A DNA stretch of 64,000 bases, taken from a virus. How positions within the stretch are numbered: the stretch's first letter is position 1; every line of letters begins with the position of its first letter. Of this stretch, positions 29,964 through 40,458 are shown piece by piece. Position numbers and translations under genes: made by a program. Location of the stretch: IMG/VR virus record IMGVR_UViG_3300029955_000013, positions 1 through 64,000 of that record. One strand, given 5' to 3'. Below the pieces are notes generated by a model that saw only the letters and a program-made list of their open reading frames with translations, ran no database searches and was not told where the DNA came from.

Positions 29964-30677
29964 ATGAGCTTATATTCAGCGAAACAGATTAATAAAATAA
30001 TCACCGCGCCTATTAAAATAACAAACCTTTCGGTGGGCTCCGGTTCGCTGAGTGTGTCTGTCACCTCCGCCCTTACGTCCGCACTGGCTATAGCCGGAAA
30101 CAACGGTGTATCAGTGCCCGTGCAGGTAAGCACTGACGTGTTTACTACTGGCATCATCACGTCTTCGCCTCTCAACAAGGCCGAGGTATTCGATTCCACG
30201 AGCAAGGAGAAACTGTCTACTAATACGAACAATGAAGTGTACGGTAGAATAACCTACTCATCGGGCTACGTGCTTAGTTTCTATTACCTCGACAGTTCTG
30301 GCATAGAGCAGACTTACACGTTTTCCGCCACGCAGAACGTTGATTTCGATTTCGTCTACAGGTTTACTTTCGCGACGCTACCGACAGATGCACTGGTCTC
30401 TTCCGTTTCGAGAAACATAAACCAGGATCCGGTCGGGGCGAGTTCTATACCAAAGACGGAATTGTTGACCGTGACGGCTCTAAATGTTGTGTCCAACCTC
30501 TCTCTGACACCTAACAACGCAGCCAATGTTACTCTTATCGTTAATGGGAAGACGGAGTTTGCTGTTGGGTCGGGCCCTTCGTTCGGCGTCGCCTCTACTA
30601 CGATAACTTGGAACTCATCCAACGCCGGGTACAATCTCGAGACGACGGATATTGTTTACGCACAATACTACATTTAA
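29964..30677 (+). CDS. Virion structural protein (beta-rich)
   Basis: Late motif upstream; NEVYGRIT, YNLETTDIV.A.Y. Confidence 0.6.
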   Translation: MSLYSAKQINKIITAPIKITNLSVGSGSLSVSVTSALTSALAIAGNNGVSVPVQVSTDVFTTGIITSSPLNKAEVFDSTSKEKLSTNTNNEVYGRITYSSGYVLSFYYLDSSGIEQTYTFSATQNVDFDFVYRFTFATLPTDALVSSVSRNINQDPVGASSIPKTELLTVTALNVVSNLSLTPNNAANVTLIVNGKTEFAVGSGPSFGVASTTITWNSSNAGYNLETTDIVYAQYYI

Positions 30678-31024
30678 TGGCAGGATACAAGGCTAAACAG
30701 TTAGATATTAGTGACGTGTCCAATGGTATTGGAGCGGCTGTTCAAGATTCCCAAACGCTTAGGAATATGTACAACTACAGCCAGTATTCTGCTTACTTCT
30801 TGCAGTCGGCAGCACAGCTAACTGTGGGCCAGGTTAACGTGGATGTCATATATGGTGGTGGCACACCGGCATATTATTTTCTTTTCAGGAACGGCTTGAA
30901 ACTAATAGATACCGTGGATTTTACAGTCACCGTGGCGGATGGATTTAACAACCCGAGATTTGTATTAACAAACCCAATAAATAACAGCGGGACGGAAACG
31001 GTCGAGGCCATTCTGTTCACATAA
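30677..31024 (+). CDS. Hypothetical virion protein
   Basis: ATG at 30677 coupled to previous TAA; LFRNGLKL...DF motif. Confidence 0.6.
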   Translation: MAGYKAKQLDISDVSNGIGAAVQDSQTLRNMYNYSQYSAYFLQSAAQLTVGQVNVDVIYGGGTPAYYFLFRNGLKLIDTVDFTVTVADGFNNPRFVLTNPINNSGTETVEAILFT

Positions 31025-31034
31025 TAAACAATAA

Positions 31035-31583
31035 ATGTCTACAGCAAACCTATCTTGGGATCCAGCCAGTGGAGCGGTCGATTATAAAGTTGAGTATAAG
31101 CTAAGCTCCGATTCCTCATACACGTTGTTCAATGCTCACAATTCGACTACGTCTTGTGTAATCACAGGCTTGTCGGAGGGTAATTCCTATGACTTCAGGG
31201 TGACGACGAACTGTTCATCAGGAAGCGCGTCTGGGGTCGTATACACGGCATCAACACCTTGTCTCGACGTTACCGATTACGTAGCATCTTTCTCTGGCAC
31301 TACGGCCAATTTGCAGTGGGACAAAAAACCGACGGCAATATCTTACGCCATAAGTTACAAGCTGCACTCGGATTCGGTCTACACGACTGCATCCGGCTCG
31401 CCACTGTCAAACACAGGTGCGCCAGACCCGGTCCTTTTCTCGATAAGCGGGCTGACATCAGGCGCCGCCTATGACTTCATGGTCGTTGTAAACTGTATAG
31501 ACAGCGCATCATCTGCTGGAGAGGTTGTGTCCGCCACATCTACTTGTCCGAATGTTACTACCTTAACGGCTACTTTTTCTTAA
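31035..31583 (+). CDS. Protein with two fibronectin type III domains
   Basis: LSWD..SGA..Y.V.Y...ITGL..G..YDFRV pattern twice. Confidence 0.8.
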   Translation: MSTANLSWDPASGAVDYKVEYKLSSDSSYTLFNAHNSTTSCVITGLSEGNSYDFRVTTNCSSGSASGVVYTASTPCLDVTDYVASFSGTTANLQWDKKPTAISYAISYKLHSDSVYTTASGSPLSNTGAPDPVLFSISGLTSGAAYDFMVVVNCIDSASSAGEVVSATSTCPNVTTLTATFS

Positions 31584-31600
31584 TAGCTAAATAAGAATAG

Positions 31601-31864
31601 ATGACAAAAGAAATGGTGAACCTTTACCTCAGGAAGACCATGGGTGTTCCCATAGAATTCAAAGCTGAAGAAGAGGTGCTTTACATAAAATTCGACTTCC
31701 TGCCTTATAGGGTGAGATCGTTCATACACGCCAAACCAGACTACGATCCATCTAAAATGAAGAAGATGGAGAGGGAGTGTGCTTGTGGGCAAGCTTATTT
31801 CTATGAGGCGGATAGCTTTTACAATTACTTAACAGATTACGAGGATCCAAAATTCACACCATAA
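31601..31864 (+). CDS. Hypothetical protein
   Basis: Fills the gap within the operon. Confidence 0.55.
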   Translation: MTKEMVNLYLRKTMGVPIEFKAEEEVLYIKFDFLPYRVRSFIHAKPDYDPSKMKKMERECACGQAYFYEADSFYNYLTDYEDPKFTP

Positions 31865-31867
31865 CAA

Positions 31868-33322
31868 ATGTCAACTGTAAACTTATCTTGGGACGCGGCA
31901 AGCGGAGCGGTAGGCTACCAGGTTGACTACCGGATAACCGGTGCTGGCGCCTGGACAAACTCCACTCCAAACGAGCCGAACACTACTTGGAGTATTTCAG
32001 GCCTAACTGACAATACGGATTACGACTTTAGGGTCATAACTATTTGTGCATCCGGTACTTCTACCGGAACGGTCATTGGCAGTGTCATAACGCCAAACTA
32101 CGTGTGGATAGAAGACACCTACGTCTGCGAGCAGGAAGAGGTGTTCGATCTGATTAACTATTGGACAGGCTTTAGTTCGCCGGCATATCTTTTTTATGAT
32201 AGCACGAGCGGCTTGATATATTGCATTGATGAGGATGACGCGACGAGTAACGTGTTTAGTTTCGACCCGGCCGTTCTATCTGCGATTAGCTCCCACTCCG
32301 GTGGATTCAGCAGCGTGACTCATAGGATAGGCCTGACGGATTATATATACGCCGCCAAAATTGATCCTGACAATAGAAGGCTTTATATGGTTGGTAAAAA
32401 TACCGGCGGCTTGGCTGTGTACGACATCAATTCGGATTCTTTTATTCTGCCCTCCTCAAATGCAAATCTCGCCTATGGTTGGGATGTGAACACACACACC
32501 TCAACCGGCAATGGGTTTAACAGATTAAGCTTGTCTTTGTTCAGCACCCAAATAATAGCATACGACGATTATTCTGTTACCTTAACGGTATTTGACAGGG
32601 TGTCGCTTACTAAGACGCTTGATAATGTTGCAATATCGACCATAACAGATGGCTCATCCTATATAGACGGCGGCACTCTGTATTTCGAGGTAAACGGAAA
32701 GGCATGGGTTTTGGTGAATGAATCTTCTGCGGCCGGTCATGATTACATCGCCATATACAACCTCGACTTCTCCGGGACCCCTTCGACTATTAACATCGGT
32801 GCATATAGAGCAGTTGCTTTTTACGGCTCTCAGTATTGGTGTTCTGGTTTTTTTGACAGCTATTACCAAAAGCTTTACATATTCGACTTCGGTTCTAACA
32901 TGATGTTTGTTGTTGATACCGACTCCACGTCTGGTACATACCAGACGGTTGTATACAGTTATACCTTTAACAACAGGCAGGGAAAAAGCAACATATCGTT
33001 TGGCATAATCCAGGACCCTATAACCGGAGAGCTATTTGTATCTGGCAATTACTCTGAAGGCAATCCTGGTGCGGACGGATCACCAATATCCGTTACGTAC
33101 AAAATACAGCGAGATCCGTCCGCACCGGACGCTTACAAAATACAGGAATTATATGCTAACACTGTTTTTTCCACATTGACCCAGGTTGGTGGTACGAACA
33201 CGCTTTTCGGCGCTGCACCAGGGGCACCAAAGTGGTCATACGCAACGAGCTGGGGAACAGTAGATACTGCCTCCTCATCGGTGTGGTCGACCGACGGTCA
33301 AATATCACAATATTCGAGATAA
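31868..33322 (+). CDS. FN3 domain plus probable beta-propeller protein
   Basis: N-terminal FN3 like 31035 ORF; YD...GLIY, IDPDNRRLY blade motifs. Confidence 0.7.
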   Translation: MSTVNLSWDAASGAVGYQVDYRITGAGAWTNSTPNEPNTTWSISGLTDNTDYDFRVITICASGTSTGTVIGSVITPNYVWIEDTYVCEQEEVFDLINYWTGFSSPAYLFYDSTSGLIYCIDEDDATSNVFSFDPAVLSAISSHSGGFSSVTHRIGLTDYIYAAKIDPDNRRLYMVGKNTGGLAVYDINSDSFILPSSNANLAYGWDVNTHTSTGNGFNRLSLSLFSTQIIAYDDYSVTLTVFDRVSLTKTLDNVAISTITDGSSYIDGGTLYFEVNGKAWVLVNESSAAGHDYIAIYNLDFSGTPSTINIGAYRAVAFYGSQYWCSGFFDSYYQKLYIFDFGSNMMFVVDTDSTSGTYQTVVYSYTFNNRQGKSNISFGIIQDPITGELFVSGNYSEGNPGADGSPISVTYKIQRDPSAPDAYKIQELYANTVFSTLTQVGGTNTLFGAAPGAPKWSYATSWGTVDTASSSVWSTDGQISQYSR

Positions 33323-33765
33323 TGGCAAACACAGGAAATAAAATAGTCTTATTGCTTAAGCAGGTCGACAGTAATCACGGGGACACGCCTACCGGACTAA
33401 CGGAGGCGAACACGGTAGACGTCGCGGGTAGCGATTATATCCCGCCGTACCAGAACCTGACCGAGTGCCCTCTGTCATCGCCAACTACCGATTGCCCTAT
33501 TCCTGTGTATGTGACGAATACGTCGAGCACTACCGTGTTCAATTTTGAGTTCTCACTCAACAGCACGACGTTTACAAACTCTAATATAGCGAAGATAACC
33601 GCTACGATAACCGCATCAGGTCACCCTACATACTCGGTTGACTTTACAATGCCTATGACGAACAACTACTTTTCGGGTTCGTTTACCGGGCTGTCTAACG
33701 CGAGTCTGTACACTCTCGTATTGACATATTACGACGCGAGCAACACACTACTACAAACATGCTAA
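33322..33765 (+). CDS. Hypothetical virion protein
   Basis: ATG at 33322 coupled to previous stop; DYIPPYQNLTECP motif. Confidence 0.6.
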   Translation: MANTGNKIVLLLKQVDSNHGDTPTGLTEANTVDVAGSDYIPPYQNLTECPLSSPTTDCPIPVYVTNTSSTTVFNFEFSLNSTTFTNSNIAKITATITASGHPTYSVDFTMPMTNNYFSGSFTGLSNASLYTLVLTYYDASNTLLQTC

Positions 33766-33899
33766 TGAAACAAGCATTAATAAAGTTATTTATAAGGACC
33801 GTAAACCTTATATTTAAGTCCAACCTTTTCTACTTGTACTCTGACGATAACTTCAAGGAGTTAAGGTACAAACACAAAACTGAAGTTGGTAATGGATAA
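33765..33899 (+). CDS. Small 44-aa protein (not in ORF track)
   Basis: TAATG-coupled start; MKQALIKLFIRTV...; overlaps next start. Confidence 0.45.
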   Translation: MKQALIKLFIRTVNLIFKSNLFYLYSDDNFKELRYKHKTEVGNG

Positions 33900-34086
33900 A
33901 GATATTAATACTGAGTTGGCGGAAGTGTTCGACGAGTTACAGAGCAGTAAATCATTCATAATAAATACCGTGAAGTGTTTTGACGGCAACACGGCTTACA
34001 TAGGTATGCAATTAGGGCTTCTGTTGTGCCAACTGACGGATCTCCAGAATAAAATTAAGTCTATAGTAAAAAAGGACGATGAGTAA
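33892..34086 (+). CDS. Hypothetical protein
   Basis: Overlapping operon arrangement. Confidence 0.5.
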   Translation: MDKDINTELAEVFDELQSSKSFIINTVKCFDGNTAYIGMQLGLLLCQLTDLQNKIKSIVKKDDE

Positions 34087-35167
34087 AACAAGCATGCACT
34101 TCGTATCAGAGATGGCTGGATCCATAGGAGAAGTAACCGGTGATCTGTCCGAGTGTTTCGAAAAGGAATTCGAGCTTACAAAAGAATGGGAAAAACAGCA
34201 GCCTTCGAATAAAGAACTGCTGTTTTGTCATTTTATACAGCCAGAGTTTGTCAAGAGCGAAGACTTCCAAGGCTATGACGTCAAAGTGATCATTCAGCCG
34301 ATCGACGGCACCTCAATAAAGGATGATGTGGTAGACATGCTCAACATGTTCGACCTGATAATCACACCAGGCACCGCAGGTAGGTCCATAATGCTCCAGA
34401 ACGGAGTTTTAAAGCCCATTGTGGTCATACCAAACTTTTTTAAGCCTAACATACTGCGTGCGGAAACAAGCCAAGAATTCAAGTCCTATGTCGACCGTGA
34501 GGTAGGCGATAGAACCGTCATATACCACGAGTCGACGTTTCACCCAAGAAAGGGGATAGAAATACTTTACGAGTCTTACATAAAGGCGTTTTCAGACAAG
34601 GTGTATACCAAAGACGTCGTACTGCTGCTCAAAGACTCCAAGCTAAGCCCTGGGACGATTCTAAACAACGAGAGCATGAAGATGAATGCGGTGAGACTAC
34701 AGAGGAAGTACAAACACCCGGCGAAGATATTGAAGATTTCCTGCAACCTGGAAGAAGACGAGCTCGCATACCTGTGGGACCGGTGCGATATATACGCCTC
34801 CTTCTCGAAGATGGAGGGGTTTGGCATCCCGTTGATGAGGATGATGGTGATGGGAAAACCCATTATAACGCTCAATAGCGAAAATAACGGATATATGGAT
34901 TATTTAAACAATGATAACGCGATACTCGTCCCAACAAAAGACGTCGTTGCGAAGGAGGAGTTCATGTGGCTTTACAAGGAAGACACCAAGTGGTCCGTCC
35001 CGAACATAGACGATTGCGTATCAGGATTCGAAAAAATCTATAGTTCTTTAAAGGAAGTAGACTACATAAAAACAAGTAAGGAAGTTTATAGATTCAGCTT
35101 CGAGAATGTTTGCAATATGTACGTCAGCACATTGAAAAGTCTTATAAAATCAAAAAAAATTAAATGA
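34079..35167 (+). CDS. GT-B (GT4-like) glycosyltransferase
   Basis: PRKGIE.L, CDIY...S..EGFGIP...M..GKPII. Confidence 0.88.
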   Translation: MSKTSMHFVSEMAGSIGEVTGDLSECFEKEFELTKEWEKQQPSNKELLFCHFIQPEFVKSEDFQGYDVKVIIQPIDGTSIKDDVVDMLNMFDLIITPGTAGRSIMLQNGVLKPIVVIPNFFKPNILRAETSQEFKSYVDREVGDRTVIYHESTFHPRKGIEILYESYIKAFSDKVYTKDVVLLLKDSKLSPGTILNNESMKMNAVRLQRKYKHPAKILKISCNLEEDELAYLWDRCDIYASFSKMEGFGIPLMRMMVMGKPIITLNSENNGYMDYLNNDNAILVPTKDVVAKEEFMWLYKEDTKWSVPNIDDCVSGFEKIYSSLKEVDYIKTSKEVYRFSFENVCNMYVSTLKSLIKSKKIK

Positions 35168-35799
35168 GCGAAAAGTTTTTTGCGGAGAAGTTGAAGTATT
35201 CTTCGGAATTCGGCGTTAGGTTCGACAGCAGGGTTATACATGTGTTCGGTGAGCTCACAGAGGACATAGGCTCGATACTCAGGATAAAGTATGAACTAAT
35301 AAAACAGTGGTGGAAAGTAGTAGAGAACAAAGATTTTAACGACATAACGCTCGACATATCGAGCTGCGGCGGCTCGATATATTCTATATCGGCCGCGCTT
35401 GATTTTTACGACGAGCTGAAGAGGGAGGACGGTGTAATAGTTAACACTAAAGCGCAGGGTATATGCATGAGCGCGGCCACTATATTGCTCGCCGGCGGAA
35501 CGGGTGTGAGGTCCGCTACAAAGAGGTGTAAGTTCATGTTACACGACATGCAGATTGAGGGTGTCGGCGGCACAGCGAATCAGGTACAGAACACTGTAAA
35601 AAACATATCTGACGAGCAGCTCGAGTTGTTTGCGCTGTACGCTCACTACTCGCGAAAGGGCCAAGAGGACCTTTCCGAAAAGGAACTCGTAAAAGAGGCG
35701 AAGAAATGGCTCAAGCAGTACACCAAAGACGGGTTCGATCATTACGTCAGCGCGGAGGAAGTACTCGGTCTGAATCTTATAGATAAGATTTTAGTTTAA
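35164..35799 (+). CDS. clpP: ClpP-family protease subunit
   Basis: SSCGGS, G.CMSAA (catalytic Ser), FMLH (His), D.Y.SAEE...L.LID. Confidence 0.85.
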   Translation: MSEKFFAEKLKYSSEFGVRFDSRVIHVFGELTEDIGSILRIKYELIKQWWKVVENKDFNDITLDISSCGGSIYSISAALDFYDELKREDGVIVNTKAQGICMSAATILLAGGTGVRSATKRCKFMLHDMQIEGVGGTANQVQNTVKNISDEQLELFALYAHYSRKGQEDLSEKELVKEAKKWLKQYTKDGFDHYVSAEEVLGLNLIDKILV

Positions 35800-35825
35800 T
35801 ATAACTATGTATCATATTTGTATTT

Positions 35826-36371
35826 ATGGAGAAAGAAAAAATGTCTAACAAAAAAGAATCGGTATTCGAAAACATACCAGAAAGAACAATAGCGCCGGAA
35901 ATGAAGGCACCCATACAACAGGGTGCCTTCGCTGGCGCAGAACTCGAGGTTGTCAACAAGCAGAATAAAATATATTCCATCATGTCCGGCAAGGATGAAG
36001 GCGAGTATTACTCGTTCAACCTGCCAACGTTCGCCGACGGCGAGCTAATAGTGCACGAATACTTCAAAAAGGGTGTCATATCTCAGAAGATACTTAACGA
36101 GAACATAGAGGAGTACTATTGCGACTGGCCAGATGACGAGGACATGAAAATGAGTCTCGACTTCGGCATATTCATGCAGGCATACGAGATCGACAGTATA
36201 TATTGGCTAAACAACACGGTCGTGACGGCGAATCAGAGTCTGCAAGCGAAGGTTATAGAGAAGTACCAAGCGATCGTCCCCAATCTGATTCAGAGGATAA
36301 CAAACCTCGAGAGCCAGCCGGCACACAATAACGTAAAACAAAGGCAGCAGAGCAACCTAATAGAACTTTAA
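35826..36371 (+). CDS. Hypothetical protein
   Basis: ORF with AT-rich leader. Confidence 0.6.
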   Translation: MEKEKMSNKKESVFENIPERTIAPEMKAPIQQGAFAGAELEVVNKQNKIYSIMSGKDEGEYYSFNLPTFADGELIVHEYFKKGVISQKILNENIEEYYCDWPDDEDMKMSLDFGIFMQAYEIDSIYWLNNTVVTANQSLQAKVIEKYQAIVPNLIQRITNLESQPAHNNVKQRQQSNLIEL

Positions 36372-36589
36372 TGACTCGTGAAACGGAGATAGAGAAGATA
36401 CTTGATATATGCGAGCTGCTCGCAGAAGTGTGCGCGATGATACCTGACAACCCTGGCGTAACACTGCTTGCGGAGGTGGAGGCGAAAATAGCCGCGATGC
36501 GATTGGTCGAGCTTACTGTGATAGCCAGGCAGGACCTTGCCGCTCTTGATTCTAATCAGATCATAAAGAAAATAAACGATATAAAATGA
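36371..36589 (+). CDS. Hypothetical protein
   Basis: TAATG-coupled. Confidence 0.55.
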   Translation: MTRETEIEKILDICELLAEVCAMIPDNPGVTLLAEVEAKIAAMRLVELTVIARQDLAALDSNQIIKKINDIK

Positions 36590-36948
36590 TAATGATAAAA
36601 CAAAAGGCAAAGAAGAAGAAGATGCTGGATTATTTTGTATCGTTTAGGAAGAAACAAAATTTTATGGAGACTGACGATTCGTCAATATATTCCATAATAC
36701 CTATAGGTACGGCGCTTAAGTTTAACGTGCTAATAAAGGACTTCTTGCTTCACTCACTTCTTGTCAAGAAGAGGAAATTCTACGAGGATATTGAATTTAT
36801 AACTACTAAGAAAGAGCTTATTGAAATAATAACTAAGGTGCTTGATCTGGAGCTCGTAAAGGAGCCTGGTAAGAGCGAGATGAGCGACGATGCAATCAAC
36901 GAACTCGTCGCGGCGCATACAAGATTAACTAAGAAAAAAGCTAAGTAA
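36586..36948 (+). CDS. Hypothetical protein
   Basis: Overlap-coupled in operon. Confidence 0.55.
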   Translation: MIMIKQKAKKKKMLDYFVSFRKKQNFMETDDSSIYSIIPIGTALKFNVLIKDFLLHSLLVKKRKFYEDIEFITTKKELIEIITKVLDLELVKEPGKSEMSDDAINELVAAHTRLTKKKAK

Positions 36949-37403
36949 TGGTGAACCAGTATATGTTTGAGGTGGTAGACCAGGTTATCATATTCTCACA
37001 GCAGTTTGCGGCCGAGATAAGGCGGGAAGCGGATGGTCTCGCCAAGTATTACAACAACAACAGGAGCGGTCTTATAGACTCTATGCTGGAGATAAAGAGC
37101 GTCGACGACCAAGACGACTACTACACCAACTACTTTCAGGATGCCGCCGGTAAGGTCATAGAGAACATTGGCAATAATAAATTCAGCTTCAAGGATGAAT
37201 ACCTCATAGACAGCTACGATAAGATACTAAAGCAGATAAACAAAATACCGATAGCCCACAGGCTCGAGAACCCGGTCGTGAAGGTTTTCTTCTACGACCT
37301 GCTCGAGAGCCCAGCAGAGGACACAAACCTGAAGATAATATTGTCCTCTATGTCAATACAGTGGGTCATGTTCCTCGACTTCTATCAAAGGAAGCTTAAT
37401 TAG
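36948..37403 (+). CDS. Hypothetical protein
   Basis: TAATG-coupled. Confidence 0.6.
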   Translation: MVNQYMFEVVDQVIIFSQQFAAEIRREADGLAKYYNNNRSGLIDSMLEIKSVDDQDDYYTNYFQDAAGKVIENIGNNKFSFKDEYLIDSYDKILKQINKIPIAHRLENPVVKVFFYDLLESPAEDTNLKIILSSMSIQWVMFLDFYQRKLN

Positions 37404-37423
37404 TTGTCGCCACAATTATAATC

Positions 37424-40150
37424 TTAGAAGGCTGGCTGGAAATCATTGTAATCGCTAATCGGTTGAGCGATGTTTGTGTTTGCGTTTTCTTGCGCATAGT
37501 ATGCTGCCTTCTTCTGGCTGTTCAGCAGTGAATTGTAATCTTCTGTACCTATTGATTTCACGCAGCTTATTTCGGAAATAAATTTTCCATCTTCACTTAG
37601 TATGTGTTTAACCGTAGAGATCACATACTGTCCGTCGAATAATCCGGTCCCTTTCATAAAGGCAGGATCCCCAACACTCAGCCAAGGGTGGGCAATTGCT
37701 TTTATGTCAGCGTTTCTAAGAGTAGTTAAATAATAATTCTGTTCTGTTCTTTTCTGTTCGAACGTTATAGCGCCTGTAGTCGGCACATCCGGCGGGTTAA
37801 TCACGTCTTTGTTTATGTTGTTCGCCGCGTTCTGCGCGCCCTGTATCCCTGGACCAGTAGGAGTCGGATTGCCTTTTATTTTTATATCCTCCACAAGCGA
37901 CCCCATAAATCTGAATGAAAACACATCGTCCGGTATGACGAGCCTGTTGGTGCCGGTGACACCTATAAACTGTGTTTGTGAAGTGGATAATATGCTGCTT
38001 TGTTTTATAACGGATTCGTCTGTTAGCTGGACAGGGTCGTCCCATATAATAAAGAACCTTCCGTTAGGATTTGCCAGGTCAGAGTCGCCAGGCCCGCTTA
38101 CTGTCATGTGGTTGTTAGACAACACTGTTTGCACCCAAGTCAACAGAAGTGTGTCGCTGTTTTTGGCATTTATGTTAGTTGTCAAAAACTTCACATCATC
38201 GCCAGTTATATTTATGTGTATGTCGTGCGGCGGCGTTGTTATATTTTGGTGGTTCACCCTCCTAACCTGTAACCACGACGAATCATAAACAGCTGTCGGC
38301 CTTTGATTGTGAGCATAACTCGTATTGATGCCATTAGGATTAGTGTAGGCAGATGAATTTGGATTTATAGCGTTGTTAGAGTACTGACTATAGTTTTGGT
38401 CTTGCTTTAAAAATGCAAAGTTATCGTTTAGGAATGCACTTATAAAGTCGAGCAAGTTTGTAGTCAGACCGTTTTTATCATTTGCAAGCTTATGCATGTT
38501 CATTGCAAGATTTATAGGGCAGAAGCAGTTTGCAAAAGTATTATTGTAACGATAGTGGACGTCTGCGCTAAGCGATCCATCTTGTGAATTAACCGTTATG
38601 TCTGAAGACAGTATAGAAATCAATCCATAGTGTTCTATAGTCAATTGCCTATCTATCTGAAAGACGGCTATGTCGTCAACAGTTTTAATCGTATACCCGG
38701 GGTACCAAAGCGAGTTTATGGAATTTGACTGCGTAAGCGATATTGTATAATCGTTAGCCGCCGCCTTGTTCATTATGTCTTGCTTCAAGGTGCCATTGTC
38801 AAAAAGTATCCAGCCAGGGTGATTCCAGAACTTATAGGCAGAGCTGTTTATGTCCTTATCATCCTTCGGTATCCTTAGCTGCCATCCGTACCTGAAATAG
38901 AAATCGCCGGCCTGCTTCGGCGGGTTTATAAGGAAAGACCACGGTGAAGCTATGTCAAAGAATTTGTTTCCCTGTACGTCAAGAAGTTTTAGGGTTATTA
39001 AAGAGAGGCCCTTGCCGAGCTGCAAGCCGGCTTGTACCTCTATCGACTTAAAGCCAATAGCTCCAGCTTTAGATGTAGAGCCGACGTTTGCCGAAGGGCT
39101 CATGACCAAGCTGCCTAAAATTCTATAGCCGAACCCTCTGCCTGTTGACGTGCTCTTTAATGCCGTGTTCGCGGCGTTGTCCATGTATAACCCGGTAGAG
39201 TAATCTTGAAACGGGTCGAGCGTCATTAAATCTATGCCGCCGTTAGCCTGTATACCACTACTTCCGTCAGCGCCTATCAAAGAAGTCCTCATTGCATTAA
39301 ACCTGCTAATGTCATTTGTATTTAGATCTGTTTCAAGAGCACTCATCCCGGCGTTAGACGCCTGTGGCTGGTCTATGAAAAACACAGGTATCAACTCCAC
39401 AAACGGTATAAACGATTGCGGGTAATACCTTGACGCAAGATACATTATGAACTGCCTCAAACCAATCCAGTCAGAACTTTCGCCCTTATCGGACCGCGAG
39501 CCCCATGTAACATAAGAATTATCGTTCTCTATGTTACTAATGTTTGCATTGAGGTTTGCCAGTTCGTTTAACAACGACAAGTCGTTCGGTGGAGCAATCG
39601 AAGGCGCACTGTAAGGTTTTAAGAAATCTGAAGCATAGTTTACATTCGTTACATCCGATGCAGTGTTAGATAACGGTCCCAGCCCTTTATTCCTGTAATA
39701 GTTAGAACTTACACCACTCAAGTAGTCGGCAGTCTTCCCTGCCACATCTTCCCCAGGTGTGCCATTCAAGAAATAAGAATTCTTAGCGAGTGCGTTTACA
39801 TAACTTGTCGGATCTGTAACGGTAGAAAAATCCGAGTAATGGCGATTCAAGTATCTACCTATTTCCGCCCCTGAGTCAGTAACGTTCGGATAAGCGGCAT
39901 AATAACCGCCACCAGGCTGCGGCCGCCCTTGTGTTATACCGCCAGTCGTCTGACCCACATAGTTATAACCGAACACGTTGTTATCACTCGAGGTGGCCTC
40001 TATCGAATTCCAGTTCTGTCCGCTCTCTTGCTGCGATTGTGCCACGGCAAGGTTAGCGAGCAGGGTCGCCTGATCTGTTGTGTATGGTCCGAATGGCGGC
40101 GCTAATTGTGAATATACGCCATTGTATATCTGATTACCGTAGTCTGGCAT
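37424..40150 (-). CDS. Baseplate hub (gp27/GPD-like) with N-terminal glucosaminidase-like domain
   Basis: N-term AQSQQESG..NNVFG..YAAY...YVNAL...Y; C-term HPWL.VGD....G.GLFDGQY.I..VKH. Confidence 0.65.
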   Translation of the reverse strand: MPDYGNQIYNGVYSQLAPPFGPYTTDQATLLANLAVAQSQQESGQNWNSIEATSSDNNVFGYNYVGQTTGGITQGRPQPGGGYYAAYPNVTDSGAEIGRYLNRHYSDFSTVTDPTSYVNALAKNSYFLNGTPGEDVAGKTADYLSGVSSNYYRNKGLGPLSNTASDVTNVNYASDFLKPYSAPSIAPPNDLSLLNELANLNANISNIENDNSYVTWGSRSDKGESSDWIGLRQFIMYLASRYYPQSFIPFVELIPVFFIDQPQASNAGMSALETDLNTNDISRFNAMRTSLIGADGSSGIQANGGIDLMTLDPFQDYSTGLYMDNAANTALKSTSTGRGFGYRILGSLVMSPSANVGSTSKAGAIGFKSIEVQAGLQLGKGLSLITLKLLDVQGNKFFDIASPWSFLINPPKQAGDFYFRYGWQLRIPKDDKDINSSAYKFWNHPGWILFDNGTLKQDIMNKAAANDYTISLTQSNSINSLWYPGYTIKTVDDIAVFQIDRQLTIEHYGLISILSSDITVNSQDGSLSADVHYRYNNTFANCFCPINLAMNMHKLANDKNGLTTNLLDFISAFLNDNFAFLKQDQNYSQYSNNAINPNSSAYTNPNGINTSYAHNQRPTAVYDSSWLQVRRVNHQNITTPPHDIHINITGDDVKFLTTNINAKNSDTLLLTWVQTVLSNNHMTVSGPGDSDLANPNGRFFIIWDDPVQLTDESVIKQSSILSTSQTQFIGVTGTNRLVIPDDVFSFRFMGSLVEDIKIKGNPTPTGPGIQGAQNAANNINKDVINPPDVPTTGAITFEQKRTEQNYYLTTLRNADIKAIAHPWLSVGDPAFMKGTGLFDGQYVISTVKHILSEDGKFISEISCVKSIGTEDYNSLLNSQKKAAYYAQENANTNIAQPISDYNDFQPAF

Positions 40151-40155
40151 TCCTG

Positions 40156-40428
40156 TTATATGTCTTTATTGATTAACCATGTCGATGTCACTCTCGTTAG
40201 AGGGTACGGTATCCTTAAAACTGCGTTTATCGGTACCTCGAACTCGTTGTCGAACTGAGGGTTGCCGTACATTATTATCCACGACAAACCAGGGTCGAGG
40301 TAATACACATTAGCAAGATTATCAAGCCTCTCGCCCATCTTGAGCGTATGAAATAGGTCCGTGTTCGCCGGCAATATCTGCCTGATCGGCTGCGGCACGT
40401 CTGTACTTAAGTCATATCTATTAATCAT
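40156..40428 (-). CDS. LysM-like baseplate wedge protein (gp53-like)
   Basis: GERLDNLA..YY.DP.L.WII...NP...LRIP. Confidence 0.8.
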   Translation of the reverse strand: MINRYDLSTDVPQPIRQILPANTDLFHTLKMGERLDNLANVYYLDPGLSWIIMYGNPQFDNEFEVPINAVLRIPYPLTRVTSTWLINKDI

Positions 40429-40458
40429 TGTTGTTAAGATTAAAAATACGTAAAAAAA

